Source: Candidatus Peregrinibacteria bacterium CG_4_9_14_0_2_um_filter_53_11 (GTDB taxonomy: Bacteria; Patescibacteriota; Gracilibacteria; UBA1369; UM-FILTER-53-11). From it: a stretch of DNA of 64,000 nt. Location of the stretch: positions 5,790 to 69,789 of the forward strand of contig PFRX01000013.1 in NCBI GenBank assembly GCA_002788775.1, in the 5' to 3' direction. The notes below the pieces were generated by a model. The model ran no database searches and was not told where the DNA came from. It worked only from the letters and a program-made list of their open reading frames with translations. Shown in pieces: positions 10,038 through 19,860 of this stretch (position 1 is its first letter; every line of letters starts with the position of its first letter). The position numbers and the translations under genes are program-made.

Positions 10038-11138
10038 ATGCAAGAATTAAAACCAAAACTGGAAGAGTACTTACGTCAGTTCCAACGCGGAGTCGAGGTT
10101 CTGGACCTCCCCAAGAAAAAAGCGCGAATCGTCGAGCTCGAGAGTCTCTCATCCGAGCCGGAGTTCTGGAACGACCAGGCCCGGGCACGCAGCCTAACGC
10201 AAGAGCTCAAACACGCTCAGGTACTTGTGAAGGACTGGGAGGATGGAGTTCGCGATGCCAACGAGCTGCTGGATCTTCTTCCCACGATTCGTCCCGAAGA
10301 AGACCCCCAGGCCGCTGCAGAGTTTCGCGGAATGGTTGAGGAGCTCGGGAAGCGCTTCGACCGTCTCAATCGTGAGTCGTTCTTTTCCGGCAAGTATGAC
10401 TCCAACAACGCGATCGTCACGATCTACGCCGGTACGGGCGGTAAAGATGCCCAAGACTGGGCCGAGATGCTCCTTCGCATGTATATGCGCTACGCTGAGA
10501 GAACGGCCGAAAGTGTCGAACTCATGGACGAGACTCGCGGAGACGAGGCGGGCATCAAGAGCGCCACTATTATGATCAGCGGGATCTACTCGTACGCCTA
10601 TTTAAAAGGCGAAAAAGGAGTACATCGCCTGGTTCGACTCTCACCATTCAATGCAAAAAACTCCCGTGAGACCTCGTTTGCCATGGTGGAGGTTCTCCCC
10701 GAGATCCCCGATGTGGGAGAGATCAACCTCAATCCCGACGATATCAAGATGGACAGCTTCCGTGCGAGTGGAGCCGGTGGACAGAACGTCAACAAGGTCA
10801 GTACGGCCGTTCGCCTCACACACGAGCCCACGGGCATCGTCGTCAGCTGCCAGAGTGAGCGGTCTCAAGCTCAAAACAGGGAGCGCGCCATGGCTATCTT
10901 GGCGGCCAAGTTGGCTCACCTAAAAGAAGAACAGCACGCAAAGGAGTTGAAGGACATTAAAGGTGGGCACACCGAGACGTCGTGGGGCAACCAGATTCGC
11001 TCATACGTTCTGCACCCCTACACAATGGTAAAGGATCACCGCACCAGCTATGAGACCTCGCAGGTGGATAAGGTTCTGGATGGAGAGCTTACCGGCTTCA
11101 TCGAAGCCGAAATCGAGTGGATGAATGCCGAAAAATAG
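10038..11138 (+). CDS. prfB: Peptide chain release factor 2 (no programmed frameshift)
   Basis: SPF tripeptide (LVRLSPF), GGQ motif, WGNQIRSY; continuous ORF. Confidence 0.97.
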   Translation: MQELKPKLEEYLRQFQRGVEVLDLPKKKARIVELESLSSEPEFWNDQARARSLTQELKHAQVLVKDWEDGVRDANELLDLLPTIRPEEDPQAAAEFRGMVEELGKRFDRLNRESFFSGKYDSNNAIVTIYAGTGGKDAQDWAEMLLRMYMRYAERTAESVELMDETRGDEAGIKSATIMISGIYSYAYLKGEKGVHRLVRLSPFNAKNSRETSFAMVEVLPEIPDVGEINLNPDDIKMDSFRASGAGGQNVNKVSTAVRLTHEPTGIVVSCQSERSQAQNRERAMAILAAKLAHLKEEQHAKELKDIKGGHTETSWGNQIRSYVLHPYTMVKDHRTSYETSQVDKVLDGELTGFIEAEIEWMNAEK

Positions 11139-11153
11139 GGTATCTTTTGCGCG

Positions 11154-11645
11154 ATGGCGGTCCTTCCAATCGAAAAAGGTACGGAGAATAAGATCCTTCG
11201 AACGCACTCGAAAGAGGTAAAGACGATCGACAAGAAGATCAAAAAGTTCGTCAACGACATGATCGAGACGATGTTTGACGCCGATGGTATAGGCATTGCC
11301 GCACCACAAGTGGGAGTGAACCTCCGCATTTTTATCGCGCGTCTCAACTTCGACACGCCTCACGAGATGATCGTCCCAATGATCAATCCGGTTTTGGAGA
11401 ACTTTTCTAAGAAGACCACCAACGTTGAAGAGGGCTGCTTAAGTATCCCCGGCCGCTTTGGAAAGGTGCGACGCTCAAGTACTGTAACCGTCCACTACAC
11501 CGATATCAAAGGGAAGCGCGTCACCCTTCACCTAGAGGGACTCAACGCTCGCATTATGCAGCACGAGACCGACCACCTTGACGCAACGCTCATTGCTGAT
11601 AAGATGACCTCCTCTTCTGCCGCCAAAGAGGGCAAAGACGAGTAA
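11154..11645 (+). CDS. def: Peptide deformylase
   Basis: GIGIAAPQVG, EGCLS, QHETDHL motifs. Confidence 0.97.
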   Translation: MAVLPIEKGTENKILRTHSKEVKTIDKKIKKFVNDMIETMFDADGIGIAAPQVGVNLRIFIARLNFDTPHEMIVPMINPVLENFSKKTTNVEEGCLSIPGRFGKVRRSSTVTVHYTDIKGKRVTLHLEGLNARIMQHETDHLDATLIADKMTSSSAAKEGKDE

Positions 11646-11677
11646 CATTTTATCGGGCGTGCGGTAGTCATTAACGT

Positions 11678-12328
11678 ATGTACGAGGCGAAAAAACCAAG
11701 CAAAAGACTAGGTGACGAGGAGTCGTTTGTCGCACCGACTTTTGCGCGTGTTCCAACTGAGGCTATGCGGCAAGCTGGCGCTACCTCTGTGCTCCGACCC
11801 CGCCCCAAGGTATCCGAAGAGTGGAAGGAGCGCGCACGGCGTTCGAATGCCCTGGCTGATCGTTTAGAAAGGGTTCTCGCCAGCATGCCTGAGATTCCGG
11901 GGCTCAAGTCTGCTCGTCGTCTCTACGCAGCTGCACAGGCCCGCCTTGGCATGCCTGAGGTAACGGTCGATCGCGAGCTGCCGCTTCTTGATACGCGCCT
12001 ACTCGTACATGTGAGTGATGCACAGCAGGCGCGCGGGGATACGCGCGACTGGGCCGATACCTATAGTCTAATGGCCGCTGTACGTGCGGAGCTCTCCGCT
12101 CCCGATGCGGAGGAGTCGGAGTTGGCTGCTGTTATGGAGAGGTACGGCATTGAGCGCGAGGTTCGTACCTGTGTGATGCGTGCTCTGAGTGAAGAAGTCT
12201 CTGCACAGGTCACGCGTGACTGGTACATCGAGTCGACGCAGCCTGCTCAGCGCTCCCCTTGTGTCCCCGGGGCGGATGCGTTTCCGCCTCTGCCTGGGCG
12301 AGGCGCTAAGGCCGAAGGCGGTTCTTAA
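11678..12328 (+). CDS. Hypothetical protein (Arg/Ala/Glu-rich helical orphan)
   Basis: 216-aa ORF filling the gap between def and femX; overlaps the femX 3' end convergently by 23 nt. Confidence 0.65.
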   Translation: MYEAKKPSKRLGDEESFVAPTFARVPTEAMRQAGATSVLRPRPKVSEEWKERARRSNALADRLERVLASMPEIPGLKSARRLYAAAQARLGMPEVTVDRELPLLDTRLLVHVSDAQQARGDTRDWADTYSLMAAVRAELSAPDAEESELAAVMERYGIEREVRTCVMRALSEEVSAQVTRDWYIESTQPAQRSPCVPGADAFPPLPGRGAKAEGGS

Positions 12329-13403
12329 GGCGGTAGAGTTTGTAGAGGAGTGGTCGGTGTACGAGTTCGACGGCTTCCGGATAGTGGATCTCCGTGCCAC
12401 CAAATTTTTTCTTGAAGTCGGTGATGCCCGCCCACGGATGGTCCGGGCTGTTTGGGGGTGCGATGCCCAGAAAGTCGTAGCTGTGGAAGCCGCGGTTTTT
12501 TGCATCGAGAATCGCCTCCCACTGGAGGAGGTAGGGGGCCATGAGTGGCCGGTGAGCCGGGGATGAGGCGCCGTAGTAGTAGGTCGCCGTTGAGCCAAAG
12601 TAGGTTGTAATAATCCCGGCGATGACTGTCCCTGCCTCGTCGTAGGCGAGGTAGAGGGCGGCATTTGAGGAAGGCCCGAGATTTTTGAGAAGCTGCTCGT
12701 AGTAGCTGGCCGGATGGATGCCAAAGCCATCGCGCGAGCCGGTCTGTTGAAGCACTTGGTAAAAAGCCTCAAACTCCCCGGGCGCGAGTTGGTCCACGCT
12801 TGTGTAGCGCTTAACGGTCACGCCTTTGCGCTGAGCGAGGCGGATATTATAGCGGCCCTTGGGCTTCATCTGCTCGAGCAGGGCGGCCTCGCTCAAGGTG
12901 AGGTCGAGGATGAGTGACTCCCCCGCCGTCAGGCGATGGCTGGCCGGAGCCAGGCTAAAGCGACCTTCCAGTGCGGCCGCATCGGCAGGACTCCATGATG
13001 CGGGCGGCTCTATTCGAGTAAAGATAGCCCGCTTCTCTCTGACTACCGCCTCGAGCTGGCTGAAGAGGGCCTCGTTATAGCCCCCCAGAGGGCCGTAGGG
13101 CACCCAGAGCCAGCAGAGGCCGTAAGGAAGCTTCATCACGATGGCAAGGCAGCTCGCGGAGCCCTGGAGGCCCTCAGAGCCAAGCTCCCCCTCCGCGGCG
13201 GGCTCGCCTTTGGCTCGCACCCCCCCAGTCGCCACTCCCCTGTGGGGCCCGCAGGTCCTCGGCCCGCACTCACTGGAGAGCAGCTCAAAGGCCTCACCTC
13301 TGTAGGGAATCGTCCTCTGGAACTCAGCAAAAACCCCTGCCTGGAATATCGTCCCGGAGGGGTTCTTACTTATGAAGTCGTTGTAATGGTCTGGAAGTGA
13401 CAC
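12306..13403 (-). CDS. femX: FemABX-family peptidoglycan bridge aminoacyltransferase
   Basis: MKPKGRYNIRLAQRKGV, YYYGAS, APYLLQWEAI, YDFLG, FKKKFGG. Confidence 0.9.
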   Translation of the reverse strand: MSLPDHYNDFISKNPSGTIFQAGVFAEFQRTIPYRGEAFELLSSECGPRTCGPHRGVATGGVRAKGEPAAEGELGSEGLQGSASCLAIVMKLPYGLCWLWVPYGPLGGYNEALFSQLEAVVREKRAIFTRIEPPASWSPADAAALEGRFSLAPASHRLTAGESLILDLTLSEAALLEQMKPKGRYNIRLAQRKGVTVKRYTSVDQLAPGEFEAFYQVLQQTGSRDGFGIHPASYYEQLLKNLGPSSNAALYLAYDEAGTVIAGIITTYFGSTATYYYGASSPAHRPLMAPYLLQWEAILDAKNRGFHSYDFLGIAPPNSPDHPWAGITDFKKKFGGTEIHYPEAVELVHRPLLYKLYRLKNRLRP

Positions 13404-13504
13404 GCCGCCATTATAGCAAGCTGTGCCCGTTTGTAACCAAGAGTCATTTACAAAGGTTGCGTTTCCAGCAACCGGGGAAATGGTCTTGGTTACAAATACG
13501 GAAC

Positions 13505-14725
13505 CTAGCCTACTTTGTTGCGGATGAAAGCTGGGATGTCCAACTCACTCTCCACGGCCTTCTGTGGCTGTCGTGGCTCTGACTGGATCTTGGTGTGCTC
13601 ACGCTGGAAGTAGGAGCCGGCCTCGCGAGGAACATCATCAAAGCCTGTGGCGATGACGGTAACCTTGATCTCTCCCGTGTATGAGTCGTTGATAACGGCA
13701 CCAAAGATGACGGTCGCGTCCGGATCTGCGGCATCGGTAATGATGCGGGCGGCCTCATCAACCTCGAACATCGAGAGGTCGTTTCCACCGGTGACGTTGA
13801 AGAGAATACCCTTCGCACCGGCGATATCCATCTCAAGAAGTGGTGAGTCGATGGCTGCCTTGGCTGCGTCCTGAGCACGGTTCTCACCGCTGCCGTATCC
13901 GATTCCCATAAGTGCTGAACCGGAGTTCTGCATAACGGTGCGGACATCGGCGAAGTCGACGTTAATCATACCGTGAACGGTGATTATGTCGGCAATGCCC
14001 TGAACACCCTGGCGGAGGACGTCGTCCACAACGGAGAAGGCGTCCATAAGAGGAGTCTTCTTGTCAATGATCGAGAGGATTCGGTCGTTAGGGATGGTGA
14101 TAAGTGTATCTACCTTGCCCTTGAGGTTTTCTAGTCCATCGTCACCCTGCTGCTTGCGGCGCATTCCCTCAAACGAGAAGGGCTTGGTTACAACTGCAAC
14201 AGTGAGGATTCCCAGCTCCCGAGCTACCTCGGCTACAACTGGAGCACCACCCGTACCGGTTCCACCACCGAGACCACAGGTAATGAAGACCATGTCGGCG
14301 CCCTGAATGGCGGCCTTGATCTCCTCTGAGCTCTCCTCGGCTGACTGACGTCCGATGTCGGGGCTGCTTCCAGCTCCGAGACCGCGAGTGGTTGCCTTAC
14401 CAACATTGATCTTGTGAGGTGCCTCACAGTGGTAGAGCGCCTGAGCGTCTGTATTAAGAGCGATGAACTCGATGCCTTTGACACCGGCTTTCATCATGCG
14501 GTTGACGGCATTGCTTCCGCCTCCGCCTATACCCACGACCTTGAGTGAGGCGACGGGAGTGATCTCCGGAGTCACCATCTCGAGATTTGGTGAGCGACGT
14601 TTGAATGACGACTGCTTCCCACTGAAGAGGTTGCGCAGTGCATCACGCTGGGCTCCCTGTGAGGAGCTACTGTTGCCAGAGGAGCTTCCGCCCGCTGACG
14701 ATGAAGAGGATTTTTGATAATCCAT
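13505..14725 (-). CDS. ftsZ: Cell division protein FtsZ
   Basis: [16 protein letters not shown] tubulin motif, INVDFAD, C-terminal LDIPAFIR. Confidence 0.98.
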   Translation of the reverse strand: MDYQKSSSSSAGGSSSGNSSSSQGAQRDALRNLFSGKQSSFKRRSPNLEMVTPEITPVASLKVVGIGGGGSNAVNRMMKAGVKGIEFIALNTDAQALYHCEAPHKINVGKATTRGLGAGSSPDIGRQSAEESSEEIKAAIQGADMVFITCGLGGGTGTGGAPVVAEVARELGILTVAVVTKPFSFEGMRRKQQGDDGLENLKGKVDTLITIPNDRILSIIDKKTPLMDAFSVVDDVLRQGVQGIADIITVHGMINVDFADVRTVMQNSGSALMGIGYGSGENRAQDAAKAAIDSPLLEMDIAGAKGILFNVTGGNDLSMFEVDEAARIITDAADPDATVIFGAVINDSYTGEIKVTVIATGFDDVPREAGSYFQREHTKIQSEPRQPQKAVESELDIPAFIRNKVG

Positions 14726-14756
14726 AAAAGGGTGAGTTATAAAGAAATAGAATTTT

Positions 14757-15995
14757 TTACGGTAGAAGTTGCTTTGCCCAGTTCTTGATGCCGCTCAAGG
14801 CTCGCTTGAAATCGAGACCCTTAAAGCTCATAGAAAAGGGACGGCTCTCAAAACGAGAGGCCCAGATGAGTAGACCGATTGCGGTTGCATATGCCGGATC
14901 TTCAATCTTATCAACCACTCCTTCAAAATTCTGCGGGAAGCCAATCTGAACCGGGAGGTTGAGCGTCTCGCGGGCGACGTCGATGATGCCTGGGATCTTT
15001 GATCCGGCACCGGTCAACATAACGCCGGCGGGAAGCATCCCGTCTCGGTGAATCTTGGCGAGCTCCTCTTTTACCAAGAGGAATATCTCATTATAACGGG
15101 CCTCGATGATCTCGACGAGCTGGCGCTTTGAGACCTTCTGCATGTCGATCTTGCTAAAGCTACTCAGGTCGATGATCTCACGGTCTGATACCTCGTCGGG
15201 GATGCATGAGCCATACTCAATCTTGATGCGCTCTGCAGTATCGATCGAGGTTCGGAGTCCGATGGCGATATCGTTGGTGACACTCTCTGCACCAACCGGA
15301 ATGACGGCGGTGTGAAGAATCGTGCCCTCTTCAAATACGGCCATGGATGTTCCGCCGGCACCAATATCGATGACGACGACGCCCAGCTCCTTCTGCCTCT
15401 TTGAGAGGACGGCTTCAGAAGCCGCAAGGAGTCCGGGGACGATATCATCAACATCCACACCCGCCTGCAAAACCGACTTCTCGATATTGCGAACGGCCGG
15501 AACGATGCCAGTTACGATGTGTGCATCAACCTCAAGTCGGATACCGGTCATGCCGACGGGATACTTAATCCCCTTCTGCTCATCGACGGTAAATGACTTC
15601 GGAATGATTCTAAGAATGCGTCGGTTGTTTGGAATGGCGACAGCTTGTGCGGCCTCCAAAACACGGTCGAGGTCTTCCTCCGTAATCTCATTTCCCGGGT
15701 GTGAGATAGCTACCACGCCCTTACTATTGAACGACTCAATATGGTTGCCCGAGATGCCGATGAGAACGTGGTGGATGGGTTCGCCAGCCATACGCTCCGC
15801 ATCTTCAAGAGAGGCGGTTATATTACTAATAGTCTCTTCGACATCGATCACTTGACCTTTGCGAAGCCCGGTTGAGGGAGCGATTCCAACACCAATAACA
15901 TTAGGCACTGTAGAGTTTTCATCCAGAGTTCCAACAACCGTTCGAATTTTAGAAGAGCCGATATCTATGACGGCTATGACGCGAACTTTTGACAT
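14757..15995 (-). CDS. ftsA: Cell division protein FtsA
   Basis: [36 protein letters not shown] and C-terminal amphipathic helix. Confidence 0.97.
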   Translation of the reverse strand: MSKVRVIAVIDIGSSKIRTVVGTLDENSTVPNVIGVGIAPSTGLRKGQVIDVEETISNITASLEDAERMAGEPIHHVLIGISGNHIESFNSKGVVAISHPGNEITEEDLDRVLEAAQAVAIPNNRRILRIIPKSFTVDEQKGIKYPVGMTGIRLEVDAHIVTGIVPAVRNIEKSVLQAGVDVDDIVPGLLAASEAVLSKRQKELGVVVIDIGAGGTSMAVFEEGTILHTAVIPVGAESVTNDIAIGLRTSIDTAERIKIEYGSCIPDEVSDREIIDLSSFSKIDMQKVSKRQLVEIIEARYNEIFLLVKEELAKIHRDGMLPAGVMLTGAGSKIPGIIDVARETLNLPVQIGFPQNFEGVVDKIEDPAYATAIGLLIWASRFESRPFSMSFKGLDFKRALSGIKNWAKQLLP

Positions 15996-16485
15996 ACGAT
16001 GTGATTAAAGCGTCCCAAACATAGTACAGAAAACTGGGCAACGCAAATTTTTTACTCGATTATTTGGCTTTTACAAGCCCTTCGTTCCAATTTTGTATAC
16101 GCCTTTTTCCTTTATCTTGCGCCATTATCGCCCTTCGTTGACGGAATAAATAAATGCGTTATTCGAGTATCGTTTTTGGGCTTACTGGTGGGGAAAAAAC
16201 CACCTAGGGGTGATCAAAAATAGTGTACGGGCGGGAATTAGAACAAAAAAGTTATACAGAAGATACGGTTGGGCCTTTATAGAGGGAAAAATCGTCCACC
16301 GCTCATTCTGCCAGCCGGGCGGCCCGTGGGCGTAAAGATCGGGCGAATAGTCAAAAATACCTGAGTGGTAGTTGAGCGGGGGTTTACCCTTTGTGCTAGC
16401 GCAAAAAGTCGTCTACACGGCCCCTAGTGGGGGTGAAATGCTGCTATGTAATATTTTCGCCCAGTAGTCAACATTAAAACGCCCT

Positions 16486-17385
16486 CTAGAAGAGCGACTC
16501 TTGTTCTACAGGTGCGCCAAAAAGATCGTCCAGTCTTCGTACGAGTGCTCGGAAGCCGAGTGAGCCAAAGAGTTTTCGCGCACTTCCCGAGTCGAAGTCC
16601 CGCACAGTGCAGGAGTGTAGATCGAAGTCGAGGGGGATATCGACCATGAGGCGGGTAAGATCACGGCACTTGTAGGCACTCTCTTTTCCCTCGGTGAGCT
16701 TGGTTCGAACAGAGTCGCTCAGTTCGTCGAGATGTTCATAGATGCCTTCGAGCGAGTCGTATTTTGCCAGGAGGTTGACCGCGCCCTTTCCTCCTATACC
16801 TCGAACTCCCGGTATGTTGTCTGAGCTGTCGCCGGCCAGACCTTTAAAATCGGGTATCTGGTCGGGGCGCAGGCTGTACTTGGTGTAGACGGCCTCAGGA
16901 TCGTACCGCTTGGCTTCTTTAAAGCCCTTCTCCGGATAGAGCACGCTGACGCGTGGACTGATCAGCTGAAAAAGATCAAAGTCACCTGTAGCCACCTCGA
17001 CGGTCAGGTTTTTGACGTCGGCAGTTTTGTGAACGATGGTCGCCAGCAGGTCGTCGGCCTCAACACCATCTTGCTCAAAGAGCGGCAGATTAAAGGTATT
17101 AACCACATCTTTCACGAGTGGGATCTGGGCATACAGCTCGTCCGGCGCAGCAACTCGAGTGGCTTTGTACTCGGCATACTCCTCGTGCCTCTTGGTTGGA
17201 CCTTTTCGATCGAAGGCTACGGCCAGATAGTCCGGTTTGTGCTCGTTCATGAGGGAGAGGAGCATGCTGGTGAACCCAAAAACCGCGTTGGTTTGAACGC
17301 CGTTTGGGCTGCGAAAGTAGGGCGGTATTGAGTAGAACCCTCTGAAGATCAGGCCGGTTCCATCGATCAAAATTAGTTTTTTCAT
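16486..17385 (-). CDS. Stand-alone 5'-3' exonuclease / flap endonuclease (PolA N-terminal domain family)
   Basis: LILIDG, TNAVFGF, YKATR, EADD, TGDFD, LAGDSSDNIPGVRGIG (H3TH); 299 aa, ends without a polymerase domain. Confidence 0.93.
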   Translation of the reverse strand: MKKLILIDGTGLIFRGFYSIPPYFRSPNGVQTNAVFGFTSMLLSLMNEHKPDYLAVAFDRKGPTKRHEEYAEYKATRVAAPDELYAQIPLVKDVVNTFNLPLFEQDGVEADDLLATIVHKTADVKNLTVEVATGDFDLFQLISPRVSVLYPEKGFKEAKRYDPEAVYTKYSLRPDQIPDFKGLAGDSSDNIPGVRGIGGKGAVNLLAKYDSLEGIYEHLDELSDSVRTKLTEGKESAYKCRDLTRLMVDIPLDFDLHSCTVRDFDSGSARKLFGSLGFRALVRRLDDLFGAPVEQESLF

Positions 17386-17517
17386 GAGGCCAGCATACCG
17401 TATTAGAGGAGGCCGCGCTATGTATACCAGACGTCTAATATAGACGACCCGTCAAGAGCTGCAACCTGGAAGAGTCTTAAAGAAAGTGCTATAATAATCA
17501 GATACATAAATAAAAAA

Positions 17518-18108
17518 ATGGCCACGAAGACTACCTCATTAAAAAAGACCGGAAAGGCCGCCGCCGCCGTAAGCGCAAGGTCAGCGGGAACGCCTCTTAA
17601 TCACAAGCACCTGCTTGAGCAGAAACAGAAGCTCAAGACGCGTATGATGGGGGTTCAGTTTGCCGGACGTAAGCCGGTTTTGTTTATCGACTTTCCCAGG
17701 ACGCTCAAACAAGAGGAGCTCGTTGACCTTCTTGATGGAGTGGAGGCACTTGGTGTTGCGACACTCGTTCACGGAGTCTCGTCAAAGAAGGCTCCAAAAG
17801 TCACTGAACATATCCGCATTGTGGACAAAGAAAAGCGCGATGAAGCCTGCAGCGCAGCTGACTTTGCCGTGCTCTTCGAACACGATCAGGTCCAGTTTGC
17901 CCGTGGCGCAGGGTGTGTTCCCGTAGCCCCCCACATCGATGACGAGGCTACCCCCGACTACAATCCGGTCATGGAAAAGGGCGATGGCTTTTACTTCAAG
18001 AATCGGACCAAGTGGGAGGTCTTTGCAGCAATTGTACGGGCACTCGAAACATACCGCTTCCCGTATGACTGGAACAATGTCGTTAAGGAGTCTGTGAAAA
18101 AGGCTTAG
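17518..18108 (+). CDS. Hypothetical protein resembling the glycogen synthase (GT5) C-terminal domain
   Basis: GCVPVA...DYNPVMEKGDGFYF...FAAIVRALETYRFPYDW resembles the GlgA C-terminus. Confidence 0.6.
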   Translation: MATKTTSLKKTGKAAAAVSARSAGTPLNHKHLLEQKQKLKTRMMGVQFAGRKPVLFIDFPRTLKQEELVDLLDGVEALGVATLVHGVSSKKAPKVTEHIRIVDKEKRDEACSAADFAVLFEHDQVQFARGAGCVPVAPHIDDEATPDYNPVMEKGDGFYFKNRTKWEVFAAIVRALETYRFPYDWNNVVKESVKKA

Positions 18109-18479
18109 CGGAGTGTCTGTCCGCCGCTTCCTCCACCGCTACTTCGAATGCTATCGGAGATGTCTTGAATGATTCTTACAATCTCACTAAAGCTAATGTA
18201 TTCGGTGGTGCTGATGCCAATGATATTCCCCAGCGCGTTGACGATGATGACCGCCAAGATAGTTACGATGAGGCCGATAATGGCGTAACGAATAGTTGAG
18301 ACCGCCTGCTTGATCTTGTCTTCCTGTCCGCCGGAGAGGATAAATGAAATCCCGCCAATGAATATGAAGACGACCGAGAGAAAGCCCGCAACGATGATCG
18401 CATAGGCGATTCCCTTATTGATCAAATCAATAAGTTGAACGTTTTGAGTATCCGATATGAGTGTGCCTGAACGAGCCAT
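18105..18479 (-). CDS. TrbC/VirB2-like (CPR-type) pilin
   Basis: Two hydrophobic helices around GGISFILSGGQEDKIKQAVSTIRYAIIGL. Confidence 0.8.
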   Translation of the reverse strand: MARSGTLISDTQNVQLIDLINKGIAYAIIVAGFLSVVFIFIGGISFILSGGQEDKIKQAVSTIRYAIIGLIVTILAVIIVNALGNIIGISTTEYISFSEIVRIIQDISDSIRSSGGGSGGQTLR

Positions 18480-18533
18480 GTGCTTCTATTTTACAGGAAA
18501 AAAGATCAAAACCAAGCCGTGGGCAGTTCTTTA

Positions 18534-18878
18534 TTAGAGCATGTCGCTCCCTGAGCCGGACTCTTCGCTGCCAAAGTCTCCAAAATCATCACCACCAAAG
18601 CTAACTTCCTGGCCATCCGGCTCCATAATCTTGAGATTAACTCGTGCGTTGTTTTTTGAACCGATGATGCGAATGAGGATGCGGATGGCCTTTGCCGTCT
18701 GTCCACTCTTTCCGATGATTCGCCCCATGTCTTCTTTTGCCACCTTCAGGGTTAGAAGAACGCCCATCTCATCGACACTGCGGCTAACCTCAACTTCTTC
18801 AGGGCGAGTGACTATCTGCTTGACGATGTATTCAACAAAGTCCTTATCTGGTCCTTGGGTGATGTCCGTATCCATCAT
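18534..18878 (-). CDS. khpA: KH-domain RNA-binding protein KhpA
   Basis: DMGRIIGKSGQTAKAIR GxxG motif; downstream of rpsP. Confidence 0.92.
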   Translation of the reverse strand: MMDTDITQGPDKDFVEYIVKQIVTRPEEVEVSRSVDEMGVLLTLKVAKEDMGRIIGKSGQTAKAIRILIRIIGSKNNARVNLKIMEPDGQEVSFGGDDFGDFGSEESGSGSDML

Positions 18879-18932
18879 GAGGAAAAGTTTAGGGTGTAAG
18901 AAAAAAGAGGTGACCGATTTTTTTGATTATTA

Positions 18933-19475
18933 CTAGGCTGCTGCCCCCTCGGAAGGTTTCTCTTCCTCGGACGGAGCCTCCTCTTCAGCCGGAGCTTCTG
19001 CCTCTGCTTTTGGAGCCTCCTCTACTGGAGTAGCCTCAACCGGGGCTTCTTCTGCCTTCGCTTCCTCTACGGGAGCCTCTGGCTCTGCCGCAGGAGCGGG
19101 GGCCTCTTCAGCCGGAGTCTCTACTGGGGCAGGAGCTGCTGCGGGTGCAGCGGGTTTTGGAGCGGGAGCCGCTTCTGGCTCGGGCTCTTTGCTGCTTTTG
19201 CGTTTCTTGTCTCGAGGCTCGAGGTACTTATCCATACCCTCAACACCATTCTTCTTGAGAAGAGCGGCAACAGAGTCTGTAGGTTGTGCACCGTGAGCGA
19301 TCCAGTACTCAATACGCTCCTTGTTGAACTCGACAACCTTTGGTGTGAGTGCGGGGAGGTAGTGTCCAACGATTTCAGTATTGCGTCCTTTGATTGGAGC
19401 GGTGTGCTCCGCAACAACGATGCGAAAACTTGGCTGGCCTTTTTTTCCGGTGCGTGAAAATCTTATTCTGAGCAT
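18933..19475 (-). CDS. rpsP: 30S ribosomal protein S16 with long acidic Ala/Pro/Glu tail
   Basis: MLRIRFSRTGKKGQPSFRIVVA...YWIAHGAQPTDSV. Confidence 0.96.
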   Translation of the reverse strand: MLRIRFSRTGKKGQPSFRIVVAEHTAPIKGRNTEIVGHYLPALTPKVVEFNKERIEYWIAHGAQPTDSVAALLKKNGVEGMDKYLEPRDKKRKSSKEPEPEAAPAPKPAAPAAAPAPVETPAEEAPAPAAEPEAPVEEAKAEEAPVEATPVEEAPKAEAEAPAEEEAPSEEEKPSEGAAA

Positions 19476-19511
19476 AAAGCAACGAGATTCTATCTATTCA
19501 GTCCCATGTAG

Positions 19512-19847
19512 TCAATGTTTTTTCTTAAAAAGGGTCTGTTTTTCTTCTTCGGAGGCCAGCTGGGTGGTCACTCGCTCGATGACGAGGTCGGGAAAATCGG
19601 ATCGAAGCTGCTTCATGAGTGCGACCTTTTTCTGTGCGACAAGGTGTGCCCAGGCGGCGTTTTCAACTCCCACCGTGAGGGCCTGATTGCGGTAGTACTT
19701 GGGGAAGGTGTGGGCGAGCACGTTAGGGTGGATGAGGGTGGGAGCGTGTGTGCGGTAGTGCTCACAAATAAGAGCCGCGCGGGCCTGCCTCCCCATGCCA
19801 AAGCGATTGAGAGTTGAGGGAAGAAGGTTTTTGAGAGAGGTGAACAT
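19512..19847 (-). CDS. dciA: DciA/DUF721-family protein
   Basis: LTVGVENAAWAHLV...KVALMKQL pattern; start reassigned to ATG 19847 (MFTSLKNLLP) to avoid overlap. Confidence 0.75.
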   Translation of the reverse strand: MFTSLKNLLPSTLNRFGMGRQARAALICEHYRTHAPTLIHPNVLAHTFPKYYRNQALTVGVENAAWAHLVAQKKVALMKQLRSDFPDLVIERVTTQLASEEEKQTLFKKKH

Positions 19848-19860
19848 GAGGGCGCGGGGG

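Noticed and set aside
16180-16440. MraZ-binding GTGG repeat array upstream of ftsA
   Set aside because: The GTGG/TGGG words are not in 10-bp phased tandem, and there is no mraZ in the window.
16486-17385. Truncated polA pseudogene
   Set aside because: Clean end after the nuclease domain with a motif-like tail, and no recognisable polymerase remnant downstream.
18940-19190. Tandem DNA repeats
   Set aside because: Explained by the low-complexity S16 tail coding sequence.
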